A stretch of DNA of 64,000 nucleotides from Raillietiella orientalis (taxonomy: Eukaryota): contig JAYWIR010000041.1 of assembly GCA_036172245.1 (NCBI GenBank), positions 1,178,001 through 1,242,000 on the forward strand. The letters are read 5' to 3'. Below, one piece after another: positions 1-11,099 of this stretch. Each line of letters starts with the position of its first letter. Positions within the stretch are counted from its first letter, which is position 1. The notes beneath the pieces were generated by a model that ran no database searches, was not told the DNA's origin, and was given only the letters and a program-made list of their open reading frames with translations. The position numbers were made by a program, and so were the translations under genes.

Positions 1-598
1 CTGGGGAGCGGTGGACCCCAATTGTGTAAGGTGCGGGGAACGGGAGTGCCTCCCCCACCTCCTAGTGGATTGTGTTGCCCTTCGGCCCCTTTGGTTCCGC
101 TTTGCCGCGGCCATCGGCATCCCTTGCGGCAATCCCAGGGACGCACTAAAAGCCTTCTTCGTTGCCGACGCCCCTCGGCCAGCGTCCTCGATAGCAGCCT
201 TGTGCTGCCTTCGTGGGATCGTCGCCGCATGGAGCACGGCGACGGGAGGACCAAGCGATCAGGATGCCATCCAGTGCGCCTTCCAATTCCTGAGGGCGTC
301 GCGATGGCCCCACCTGGATGTTCACCTCAAACAAGAGCTTGCCTGCATCTTGAGAGGGATGATGCGGCCCCAGCAGCATCAGTGATCCCTTCCCGTTCCC
401 TCCCACCCTTTGTTTCTTTTTGTTTAGTTTTTTGTTTTTCCCCTTTCCCCTGCTGCCTTGGCGGACCGTACCGGTCTAGGAACCGGTGAATTGGTAGGCT
501 CCGTGGTTCTTCGCTTGTGGCTGGAGCATTGCTACAGCCATTAATAATTTCATTATAAAGTTTATTTTCCAATAAACGACCCGGAGAGATCCGGGTGA
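1..598 (+). mobile_element. L1/Tx1-like non-LTR retrotransposon 'family X', copy 1: ORF2 C-terminus (CCHC zinc finger plus C-terminal domain) and 3' UTR; 5' part runs off the window
   Basis: ORF 11-385 reads CVRCGERECLPHLLVDC (CxxC..E..H...C, zf-RVT-like) and stops at TGA 383-385. It is followed by a T-rich tract, a hairpin at 470-487, AATAAA at 571-576 and a hairpin at 579-596. Homologous to 11735-12720(-), 14480-17170(-) and 50500-51037(+). Confidence 0.85.
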
Positions 599-869
599 AA
601 ATCGAGAACGCGGAGCGTGAGGCAACGAAACGCGAGTTCTTCGGCAAAGTTGCGGTGAAGAACGCCAAACCCTCCATCGCTGGCCCCTTGCGTCCTCGTG
701 CACGGAGACGCTTGCTTTTCCGAGATCCCCCGCTGGCGACGCATCGAAAAGTCCTAAATGCCTTCCCTCCTCCCTTTCCTCCTCCTCCCCAGGAGCTCCG
801 TCGCTATCAGATCCGTTCGGAAAAGTTCAGCTGTTCACGGCTTGGACGTTTTAACATCGTTTTAATCCG

Positions 870-2620
870 ACATTAAGATTTCTCGATAGGAATGCGAACG
901 CTTTCCTACCCGAAGAGCGAAATCCTTCTTTGATTCTAATAGGGGGAGTCTTAGAGAGGGAGAGGGAGAGGCAGGGGGGGGGAGAGGTTCCGTGCCTGCA
1001 CGGGAGGGATCATTCAGACTCCTGCGCGCGTATTTAGCTGGAAGCTGTTGTGAGGAGCAGCGAGGAGGATGCCGCAGCTCCCCATGCGGGAAGGCATCAT
1101 CATCCGCTCCGCGGACGAAACGTGCGAGCGAGCAGCGAGTCGCTACGGTCCAGATGCGAAAACGGCGCGGTTTGTTTCGTGAGAGTCCGGCGCCCGAGCC
1201 GTTCTCAGTTCCGAGGTCACACCGAGGTCTCTCGTTCCTGTTCCCCTCAATCTCGGAAGGGGAGGTGCTCGGTTGAGAACGTCCTGCGTCTCGCCGCTTC
1301 CTAGAATGGCTGGAAAAACGAAAAAAAAAAAAAACATCGCAGGGCTTCTCCGGGAATGAGAAACCCACGTCCACCCGGTCCGTGTGCGAACCCAACGACC
1401 GCTCTTCGGTGCCCTCGCGCTTCTGAACGCAACCATCTCCTCTCCACTTGGAGGATGAACCGCGTCGCGGAAATCGGGGGAAGCTCTCTCATGTTAGGGC
1501 AACTTCTGCAGTGCGCCTTTTGCGCGAAGACTCACGCGAATGGCATCTGCTGCCAGCTGGACCCAGGATTCACTCTCAGCCACCAGCATCTTCCTAGGTT
1601 TCCCTGTGTACTGGAATGTGTAAGGGTTCCCCGCTGAGAATGCATACGATTCAGATTCTTCAGTCTGCAGTGCGTGGAGGAGGAGGCTACCCGACAGGGT
1701 ACACAGAACCTGGTCGGGTGGCGTGGTCCACGGATGAGCCACGCGATGAAGGCGATTCACCGTGACGTCAGCTCTTCTCCTCTTTTTGTTTGCACGCAGA
1801 TTAATTCGGCTCGAGGATAAGTGCACCGTTCGGGACCGTTCCGTTGTCAGCGACGGCATCGTCTGAAACAAATGAGCGCTCAGCGACGAGGTCCGCCTGC
1901 ACAGGAACGGCGCTTCCCTGACAGCTAAGCGGAAATGAACTCGCGCGGTCCTGGATGGAGTCTCCGGGCGCATGATGATGATATTATGTGTGAATCCTCT
2001 GTGTTTGGCACATGGCGCTGGAAGCTGAGGATCGTGTGCGAGCGTCCTTTTTCCACGGGAGTGTCAGGTGGTCGGGAACCAGCACAGGAGAGTGAATCGG
2101 CAAGAAGAAGAATAGTAGAAATAAATCGTCATCGTCACACGCGATGAAGAATGCTTCACATCCTCGTGCCCGCTGTTATCTCCTGACACACCCTGTCCGC
2201 GAAGTTTCGAGTACTGCGGGCTGAATGGCAAGAGAGTGGGGAGGAATCGGCGAGGATGCTTTCACTGGGTTCAGATAGAAGGCGACGCGGCAAGATGGTT
2301 GAACCGGCAACCAGCCATTTTTTGCACGGCAGAGATTCCAAAAATGCTATCAATTACCTATCCATTGACAGGGGGTTTTTTTCCGCAAACGGCTTGACTA
2401 ACCAGACTTGTACCTGCTGGTTAGAAGAGTCGGTACGATAGCAGCGCACGATCACTGCAGTCAAGAACGTGCAGACGGGTCAAAAAGTGGCAGACATCTT
2501 CAGGTTCCTCCTTGCTTGGTTTCTTGCAAAGCACCCTCCTCTTCAAGCACGCTACGAGAACCCGCAGCTGAATTGGACCGTCTTCTGCGCTTGGCATTTC
2601 AAATGAAAGTCGGGAAGGGA
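870..2620 (-). mobile_element. Degenerate L1-like ORF2 relic (APE endonuclease to RT thumb)
   Basis: Minus-strand motifs occur in the expected order: FI*NAK (WNxxG-like, ~2600), ALQETK (~2525), KKWLVAGST (WxVxGDFN-like, ~2315), VPDHLTL (SDH-like, ~2070), RGADDD (YADD-like, ~1100), LPAKYARRSL (PxKYLG-like, ~1035). Many stops and frameshifts. Confidence 0.6.
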
Positions 2621-2848
2621 GCACTTTGAAGAGGGAACGACGAAACGAAAAAAAACTCCAAAAATATTTTCATATCGTGCGTCTAAATCATTTTCCAATC
2701 AGGACCGAAACCAAGACTGCTTCCCGACGAGCCTAATGAAAAAGCAAGAGGATTTCTCATTTCACGAATTCTTCCCTTAGCGATCGAGGTGTCTAAGATT
2801 ACGAATCCTTCTCAAACTAATAGTGCGCATTCAGCTTCCGGTTTCAGC

Positions 2849-2902
2849 CTCGAATGGTTCATTCGAGAGAGACCAGTTAGTTAGTTTAACTAACTGGTCT
2901 CT
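2849..2902. repeat. Two abutting perfect inverted repeats (8-bp and 16-bp stems, both with a GTT loop)
   Basis: CTCGAATG-GTT-CATTCGAG (2849-2867) is immediately followed by AGAGACCAGTTAGTTA-GTT-TAACTAACTGGTCTCT (2868-2902). Confidence 0.95.
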
Positions 2903-2929
2903 GGTCCAAGTACTCTTTTGTTTCATCCC

Positions 2930-3420
2930 GCAGTTATCTTGAATTTCAACTTGCAGCAAAGAACTTGGAATTTTTCGCTTCGCACAACGTGTGTTCCTTA
3001 ATTATACGAGCGTGTCACCACACGCTGAAGTACAGTGCCAAGTGTACAACTCGATTTAAATAAACACATGCTGAGGCTCCTACGAAGGTCCTTGAACCTT
3101 TACGTCCACACGTCAGACAAATTGGTGTGCTCTGGTGTGCTCTTTCGAAAGGCTGTGAACTGGTCGAATTCTGCAACACTCGGTGTTCTATGCCCAAACT
3201 CTTTTGAGCGGCTCGATTTGCTTCTTTGTGAGACGTTGAGGATTGCCCACCCTTGTGCTCCACGCCGGGATGCAGTACTTGAAAGTATTCTTTCTGGTCG
3301 AATGACGCAAGCGCTGGACGTTTGCATAAAAACTGACCGGAAGTGAGGTTTTGTTCTCGAAAGCCTTTCATTCCGAACACCGAAAGACGGTGATAGATGT
3401 TCAAAAGCAAACAGATGAAT
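2930..3420 (-). mobile_element. L1-like ORF2 3' relic (zinc finger region)
   Basis: ORF 3015-3410(-) contains IEHRVL...PICLTCGRKG...ACVYLNRVV, resembling zf-RVT CxxCG...C...VW. Confidence 0.5.
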
Positions 3421-3819
3421 TCGATCGAAAACGCAAAAGAATCTTGTGAACTGAATAACGAACAGGGAAAATTCCCCGTAGCGCTTTGTTCAAAATTTTT
3501 TAATTGTAATTAAGGAAACTTATAACAGATATGTAACTTACTTATTTTTGGAAATTTTGTATTCCTACCATGCGACAGTGAAAGTGCTCTTCGCAACCGA
3601 TCTTCACAGGTGTACACGAAGATGATGCAAGATGATGAGGATTTGCTGCTATGCTTCATAATAATTCTTTAAATATAAACGACTGACCAAATCCGATAGG
3701 AATATCTGAATGGTCTGTTTTATGGGCCGTAAGGCAAAAAAAAAAAAAACGGAGAAAAGTGAAGCGCCGAGGTGAAAGAGATTCAGCGAGCCATCTCCAA
3801 ATCACTCACATCTACGGAT

Positions 3820-4076
3820 CTAAAGAACGCCTGATGCAGCTTCCGGACCCTGGTTTCCCAAACTGGCAGCTGCAAATCCTGCAAAGCCTTGCTGTTTCGG
3901 CGCGGCAAAGGATTCGGACCTTCGACTGCATATCCTCGATGGACTTTTGCGAGACTGTGAGGGTGCCTGGCAGTGGCGGTGGAATCGAAAAGGGAAGGTT
4001 TTTGTTCTTTGGGCAGAAAGCCTGTTTAGCTTCCGCTGCGGCAGCGCACACTTCCTTCCCGATGATAACATCGTGA
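3820..4076 (+). mobile_element. Possible relic of a plant-L1-type RNase H-like domain
   Basis: QLPDPGFPNWQ resembles the W.PP..G..K.N.DG start of this domain; the match is weak. Confidence 0.25.
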
Positions 4077-4149
4077 TTTATCCTCAAATTAATAAAGGCC
4101 CCTTAGGAATCACTTAATTTATTTTGAGTGAAATTGCAACAAGCTTTCT

Positions 4150-5200
4150 TTTCAACATGCCTAGGCTTTGTAGTCATGCCATCGTTTTCTAAGATGCAGA
4201 GCCAACATCGGGCTCTTTTATTCTTGAATCGAGGCTTAAGAGTGTGCGAGCTTTCATGTATCACCTGAGGAAATTGAGAAGTCACTTGTGATGAATAAGC
4301 AGAAAATTAATTATTTTGATTTTAAGTTGGCCTCGCGAACGGTTTCCTTGTTTCCCTGAGCGTTTGAAGAAACAGTCTCAGTATCTCCTTGGCAGTCAAG
4401 GGTTTTTGTTGTCTTTCGATGAGAGACTACAACCTGTCAGCAAATTATGTATTCTCATCATTAAGCAAGTATTTAATTGCAGCTGTTTCTCCAGGCACCA
4501 CTCCGGTCACAGTCTATCGATGTTATCAACTCAGGTTCCCCGATGCAAGTAGAAGTGTTGCTATTAATTAGAAACTTTCATTTGCAGTTTCCAAAATATA
4601 TTTCGTGACCTCCAAAAGATAAAGCTCTTCAGCAGAGAACTGATCCAGGACTTGGTAGCTCTGTTCGTCTTCAAATAAAATGAAGAAAATTCTGCTCAAT
4701 CTTCACTTCAGTGAAAGAGAACCGCCACATCTTCACATAGCGGAACACATTGTAATATACACATGTACATCAATATATGCATTGATGAAAATTAGATTCT
4801 GGCTATAAAATCTTACCCTCTCCCAATTGCAAACCATCTAAGACAAGACTATGATTTATAAGCAATGAGGATCGGGAAGATGTTCATTTCTTTATCACAT
4901 TCGTTTCATAAATTGCCTTTCTTAATGATCAGCATTATAGATTGTTTGCCTTTAATTCTCATCGTCTCGAAGCAGGAATGAGTTCGCTGTATCCAACAGA
5001 CAGATCAAATGAAAAGAAAATCAATTGATCTATATGAAGCGAAGCTAGAAGCAAATCCAAGGATGCTATGAATTATGGTAACACTTGGTTTCAAACAGGA
5101 AGTGGAAATCAAGCCAACAATGGGAGGGAGGCAGGCAGCGAATTGAGTAGCTACAAGCGTATCAGAAGTGTTGTTTCTTCATTTCAGATACGCGTGCACA
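4150..5200 (-). mobile_element. AT-rich degenerate non-LTR RT relic
   Basis: Minus strand: LFETKCYH (D.EKAYD-like, ~5090), WFAIGRG (~4825), QFSAEELY (FADD-like, ~4630), LLASG (~4540), AIKYLL (KYLG-like, ~4470). Confidence 0.45.
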
Positions 5201-5289
5201 CTAACAGATTTAATAACCAGGTAAGCTAAAATTAAATGCTTCATTGTATTTTTATTTGTTCGTTTTTTGTCTTATGCGGAGCTCAGTTG

Positions 5290-6060
5290 ACGATCCATCT
5301 TCTTCTTTTCGTGATTTGGACTCATTATATGCTCTTTCGGTGGAATTCTGGAGAGAGTTTCGACAGAGTTTCATCCTTGATGCATCGAAGGGTTCGGTAA
5401 AAAAAATAGTTCGAATTGCACGAGTGGCAACACTTTTTTACAAACAGTGTTCCGGCATGTGGACGCTGTGCACGTTGAGGTCTCCGAGGGTAAGTACGTT
5501 AAGTACCTTTTTCAGAGCTCTTCATAAATGGTAAGATGGCCGCGAGTGGTGCGAGGTCTTGGACGCGAGCTGCTTCCCACATTCCATGCAGAGCACCGAT
5601 CCCTGCGGGGAGACCGAACCTGAGGATTCTTGCTCATGCTTGGGAGGTTGGCGGGACGCCGCCGCCTTGGCGTTGCATTTTCAATAACAAACGGTTTCGT
5701 CGAATTCGTAGGAAAACAAGGAGATTGCTAGAGGGATGATGATGGATTGCAAAAAGCAAATCCGAGGATGCTGCTAAAGGAAAGGAAGGAAACCAGAAAA
5801 AAGCAGTTCCACGGGTGCAAAACCGGTTCTGGAAGGGATGGTTTCTCTCCCGTCATCCGGTCCCGGTCGTAAAATGGTTATGAAAGGTGGTTGCTCGGTG
5901 TTCGATCCTCCTGTAGCTTACACCTACCGGCTTCGTGTAACCTGGAACCAGGACACTCGTAGCAATTCGGGGAAGAAAAACACGAAAGAAAGGAAGAGAA
6001 AACTCCCAGGCGTTCAAACGGACTTTCGAATTCTTCCGAACGAACAAGTTTTCCTCCTGA
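5290..6060 (+). mobile_element. Ty3/Gypsy pol relic (RNase H to integrase start)
   Basis: FRQSFILDASKG (F.L.TDAS), LSTFFRALHKW (ELL...AL.KW), LAHAW (ARW-like), PVLEGMVSLPSSG (L.E.H..P..GH-like). Confidence 0.55.
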
Positions 6061-6240
6061 TGTGAGGCTCCCCTTTTCCCTGCTGCCGTTAATTTCGGGT
6101 TGCACATTTCACCTACGACTTGTCAAATTTTCGTTTAATCGTAAATTAGGGTTGTTTACACGCGATGGAAACCCCTACAGGAAAATCACGCGGATCCTCC
6201 CGAGCTTTCAAGTTTGACATTGGATTTTTTCTAGAAGGGA

Positions 6241-6440
6241 TTTGTTGTTGTTGTTAATGATTTTGTTGTCCGTACAGTTCTCCGTCCTTTAGCATTTTTT
6301 CGTACTGCTTCATAGCCCACCCCCACGCATTCTTCCATATCTGCTGGAGCAGTGCAGTTGTCCTAGCATCTTGTGTTGCAGAGCTGCCCTTTGATCTTAG
6401 CCAAAAGGGCTGCTTGGACGCCCAAACACACAACACGAAC
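6241..6440 (-). mobile_element. 3' end of an RTE-like LINE with a (CAA)4 tail
   Basis: Minus strand ...LLQQIWKNA.. and ..GYEAVRKNAK/DGEL..NH* resembles the RTE C-terminus (QQI..D.G...Y.EMK..A.DR..W...N). The stop is directly followed by CAACAACAACAA (6242-6253). Confidence 0.55.
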
Positions 6441-7309
6441 CGACACTACACGTACCCTGCAAGGTGGCGTGCTCTGACAGGAAACCCAGAAAGCCTGAAT
6501 CCCGGAATACTTGGTTCCATCTCGCGAGTACTTCTTTTTGTGACTACGGGCAGTACCGATCCTTGATCTGCACCGTGACGGAAGAAAGCTCCGGAGCAGG
6601 CAGGCTTGGTGCGCTTCTTCCTACAGACTTGAATGAAGTCTCTTTTTTTTTTTTTGGTGGCCTCATTTCGGAGCAGGCCACTGACTCAACACCGATGGAT
6701 ATTTCGAACGTTACATAAAATACCTTGCATATCGTGTGTTTAAAACGTTAAATGTAAGTTTTGCGCTTGGCGGGTTTACTTCGACGTAAGAAGAGACCTC
6801 CTCCTGGAGAAGCAAAGTTCGTCCTGTTATCAAAAGCAAGCAGCACAGCGAGAAGGGTGTTTGAGACGAGCTTTAGTAAGAAGAGGCAAGTTTCTCTCCC
6901 CCTCTCTCTTTTCCTTCATCGTTTAATGCCCAGCACTGGGCAAGGGTAATGCCTCCGAAGAAGATTGCGTTCATTTCAGATATCTGCTCACTTTCACTTT
7001 TCTGGAGACCAAACTTCCTTCGCAGTGCACAACAGGGAAGGCAACCTGCCATAAAGTGGTGAAGGACTGAAGTTGGTTTCAGAAGGAAAAGCGAGATTCC
7101 GTGGGTTCCGTGGGTAAGGAAAAATGGTTGCTGTGCTGCATCTTGCAGTGAGACCGTGCTGTGATCTCTTGGTGCCGACGTAACAGGCGTTTCCATGCAT
7201 CGTGGAACGGCGCTAACCCTCATCTGTAGCTAAGGCACCAGCTTCCATCAGGTGGCATCCGCGGGCGAAGAGTGTCTCGGAGTGAACCTAATTTTAGGCT
7301 TCAAAGTGG

Positions 7310-7810
7310 CCTCGTTTCAGGGCAGGCTTACTCCGCCCGATCCCTCTTTCCTTTTCCTGGATCGGGGGAAAGCACTCCCTGCGAAACCGGTTGGCTCGAA
7401 AATTCGGGAGCTCTGGCACGATCGCTTTCGTTCGGGAATTTCTGAGCGAGGCGTCCGCAGCCGGAAGGTGAGAAGCGTCATCGGCATTTCAATCCCCGCG
7501 ATCGCGGATGGCGCGGCAGGGGAAAACAAAAATCTGCATGCGGATGATTTTCACAGGTCTCCAGCTTCCCTCATTCGCTGGGAAATCCGTTAGGAGACGT
7601 TGAGGCTGGCGCGGATGACTGCGGGTAGGAGCAGCGAAGATGAACCAGAATTCCCTCTTGCTGTCAGACGCACGCTTTATTCGCACTCCCGTGGGCAGAA
7701 CAAGCACCTCGGACCAGCGAACACGTGAGGATGGGCGTGGGGGTGGGGTAGCGTCCGATCGCATCGGTGGCGTATCCGCTGCGAAGGATGCGCCTTTCTG
7801 GCGTTTGGCC
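7310..7810 (-). mobile_element. L1-like RT catalytic/thumb relic
   Basis: SFAADT (FADDT), PTGVRIKRAS (SG..IN..KS), IAGIEMPMTLLTFRL (AIP.Y.MS.F.L), RKEGSGG (K.EGGLG). Confidence 0.55.
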
Positions 7811-8779
7811 GCCGGGAAAAAAAAAAAAGGAAAGGGAACTCCGAACAAAACGGCCCAGACTTGCTCCAGCTTGCTGCCAGCCATCGGCGAGCATTTGTGC
7901 GTGTGCTGTGCTCGCCCTACGTATTACTTCTTTCTTTTTCTCTCCTTCCCTCCCCCCCACCCTCTCTCTTTTTCTTTCTTTCCCGTGTTTCGCGCGCGCG
8001 CGGCGAGGACCCCAGGACGCCGCGCGCGTCTCGCAGCAAGATGGCGCAGCTGCTCGCGGTTCAACAATGGGTCGCCCCGCCGATGCTCCTCCGCCGCCGC
8101 CTTTGATTTATTTCGAACGCGCCTCGCCGCCACCGGGGCCCCGCGTCCCCCCCCCCCTCCGTCGCCGCCGTCGCTGGCTGAAGAGTAAGGGGGAGGGGAA
8201 GGCCCGTCGTCCCGGTTTCGGAATTCCGCAGCGTGGCCTGCGGCGAGCTCCGTCCCGCGCCGCCGCCGCCGTTTCCGATTCAGCCTCTCGGGCTTCTTTT
8301 TTCCCGCTCCTTCCTTGCAACGGGAAGACGGGGAGGGGGGGGACCGAACAACAAGTGCCATCAATCAAACAAACGTAGCAGCAGCGGGGGGAAGGAGGAG
8401 GAGGAGGAGGAGGAAGGAGGGAGGGGGGAGTTGTTATTCGACCGAGTGGAGAGCCTGTGATGCGGGCGCTCTCCGCGCACCGTACGGCGGAACCCCAAAG
8501 CGAGCAACTGCTGCCACCACTCGCTGCTGGGGAGGCTCGCGGGTCTCTCCTCCCTCCCTGCTTCTCCGCTCCCCCGTGCGGATTTATTTCGTTCCTCCCG
8601 GCCGGCGGCGTCCTTCTGGGGACAGCACTCCTCGCCCCGTCTCTGGGGAAGCGCGCGTCTGCCGGCGACTTCCGGTCGCCGGCAGGCGAAGACGGGAGGA
8701 TGGAGGTAGGTAAACTCTTTGTTTCCTTTCCGTTTTTCCAGGGGGGAAGGGGGGAGAGAGGAAGAGAGTGAAGGCGGAG

Positions 8780-9450
8780 GCGCAAGAGGAGACCTCGGAG
8801 GGGATTTGGCCGCACGTGCGCAGTGTGCGCCCCGGGAGGGCATCTGTACGTCGAGTTGGTGGTGGTGCCGAGGTGCGCACGCGCCGGCGACTCCGCCCGC
8901 GTTCGCCTCGCCCCGACTGCGGACGCCGCCAGCCTTCCCCCCTCCTCCTCCGTCCCTACCTCCGAGGACATCAATCTCAGGGCGCGCGCGCGCGCTCTCC
9001 GGAGGCTTTCCGGAGGAGTCAAAACACGGCTTCCCTTCTCCTCCGCGAGGAGTGTGGGTGGGTGGATGGGTGGGGGAGCTTGCCCTCGGCCCCTCCTGCC
9101 TTTTTCGCTCGCGCGCCCGCCGCCGTTCCTCTCAGCCGGCGCACCTGCTCCCCGTCCTTACCTCGGGGAGGGCCGGCAGCTGGGCTACTGGGACATCCCT
9201 CGTCAGGGGAGGCGTTTCGAGGGTCGGGCTCCCTCCGGAAGACCCCGGAACGCCGAGAGTGCGGAGGCTGGGAGACGGCCTGTCCTGGGGAGGGTGGCAG
9301 AGGGGGTTGGGGAGCAAGGACCGAACGCTTCTCTCTCTCTCTCCCCCCCCCCTTTTCTCCTTTGCCCCGAGGCAGCCGCAGCAGGGAGTCCCGTTGCGAG
9401 CGAGCGCGCAGACGCGCCTGCTCTCCTCCTTCCTTGCAGCGACCCCGGCG
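8780..9450 (+). mobile_element. GC-rich Ty3/Gypsy integrase relic
   Basis: GVWVGGWVGELAL (W..V.MDF...LP-like), HLLPV, VSRVGLPPED (R.HGLP..I.SD), SWGGWQRGLGSK (FW..L...LG.K). Confidence 0.4.
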
Positions 9451-9529
9451 CCCGGCCAGTGCAGCGACGACAATCGCCCTGCGCAGGGGTAAGGGCGGCG
9501 GGAGCATGGAAGGAGGGAGGAGAATGATG

Positions 9530-9915
9530 GGGCGACTGCGACGACAGCACTAGCGACGGCGGCATCGGAAATGAACATGGCGGTGAGAAAGGCGACGACC
9601 ACCATGATGATGGCGACAGTGACGGTGATGGTGGAAACGGCAGAGACGACGAACGGCAAGAACAGTGATCACTATGACGACGGCAACAATGACGATGAGG
9701 ACGGTTACGACGACAATGGGAAAAAGGGTAACCATGACGACGGTAATGACGACAATGGCGCCGACGATTGTGACGAATGTGCTTACGACAACGACGACGA
9801 CGGTTACGATGATGAACATGACGATGGTCAGGATAATGACGATGACGGTGATGATCATCACCATGACGGCGAGGATGACAACGACCACGATAGTTATCGT
9901 AATGACGACTATGGC
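9530..9915. repeat. Degenerate (GAC/GAT)n trinucleotide low-complexity tract
   Basis: About 380 bp of GAY/AAY/GGY/CAY triplets. The triplet register shifts once near 9654. Confidence 0.9.
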
Positions 9916-10739
9916 TAAGGCGAATCATGGGTCCATCGAAGGGGATGGTCTTACCCCGCGGCCTCCCCTCCTCCAGTCCCGCCTCAGCCGCCCTTCCTGC
10001 ACCGCGAAAGAGGAGGAGGAGGGTCCCCGCGGAGGATTTGTCGGGTTATCCTTCCCGTGCCGCTTCCTGCCGCTTCCTGCCGGCGTCGCGCGCAGGCGAA
10101 GCGCAGCCTCCGCAACGAGCGCTGCGGTCGTCCTTCACAACGCTCGGACCGAGCGCCTCTGCGCGCTCGAGGAGGAAGGAGGGTGCCACCCGGCTGCGCT
10201 CCGAGGACACCGATGTCCCCACATCCCTACGCAGCGGAAGCGTCGTATACCGCGGACGGCCTTCTCCCTCGCGAGGAGAAAGGGGCAGGAGAGAGGGGGG
10301 CGCACAGAGTTTCCATCTGCCCTCGGGGCGCGTGCTCCTCCCACCCTTCCCTTCCTCGCAGCGTCCGGGCTGCGAGAATCGGCAGTCTCTGAGGACGACA
10401 GCTCTCCCGCGCACCCCGCCAGCGCGCGCGCGATGGGGCCGGAAGATCGATCGGCAGGACGTTCCCGGGAAGGGAGGTCCAACGTCCGCTTCCGGGGCGA
10501 TCACGCGTGGCCGGGGAAAAGACGGATGGCTGCCGCCGTCTCACGCCGCTCGGAGGCGGCGGCGGTGACGTCACGGGGGAGCGGAAGCACGACGGCGATA
10601 GCGGAAGGGCGCGTCCGCCGCGCGACCCGAGGCGCTGCCGCCTCCGGCCACTCTTGCACCGGGCGGAGCGCGCCTAGGGCCGGTCCGGGCTTTCCCGCCC
10701 TCTTTCTTTTTTCCTCCTCCCAGGAGTCATCCTTGCGCG

Positions 10740-10950
10740 CGCTGCTCCGCTGGAGTCCATCGGTCACCGGCAGCGGGCCGAGGCCTCTCCAAGGAGGACC
10801 GCCAGCATGGTGGATGGAGGGCAACGAAGCGTTCGGCGGGACGAAAATGGGCATCCCTGGACGTCCAGGTCACGAACCTCGCTTGGCTCATCCTTGGCTG
10901 CCGGTGCGCCCGGCAGATACGAAGGTGGGAGAGCATGGACGATTGCCGTA
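10740..10950 (+). mobile_element. Possible L1 ORF1 (DUF4283-associated region) relic
   Basis: LLRWSPS...PPAWW...GTKMGIPG resembles L.RW.P...LP..WW....G..LG.P of plant L1 ORF1. Confidence 0.3.
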
Positions 10951-11099
10951 GGACTCCGAGGTTCCCTCGTCGCCACTGCTCGCCACCGGAAGCGCACAGG
11001 ACGCCTCCTCCCCCCCCCGCAAGTGAGCGCTGCAGCTCATTCCTTCACATCTCCCCTCTCCCTTTCTTCCCAAAACGTTCTTCCGGGAAGAACGCCACC

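Noticed and set aside
5218..5536. GTAAG donor sites and an apparent 26-nt mini-intron
   Set aside because: The region reads through as Gypsy RNase H (FILDAS, ALHKW); no coherent spliced ORF.
9665..10951. 428-aa ORF
   Set aside because: It starts in the trinucleotide repeat and continues through GC-rich, stop-poor DNA with R/A/S/P bias.
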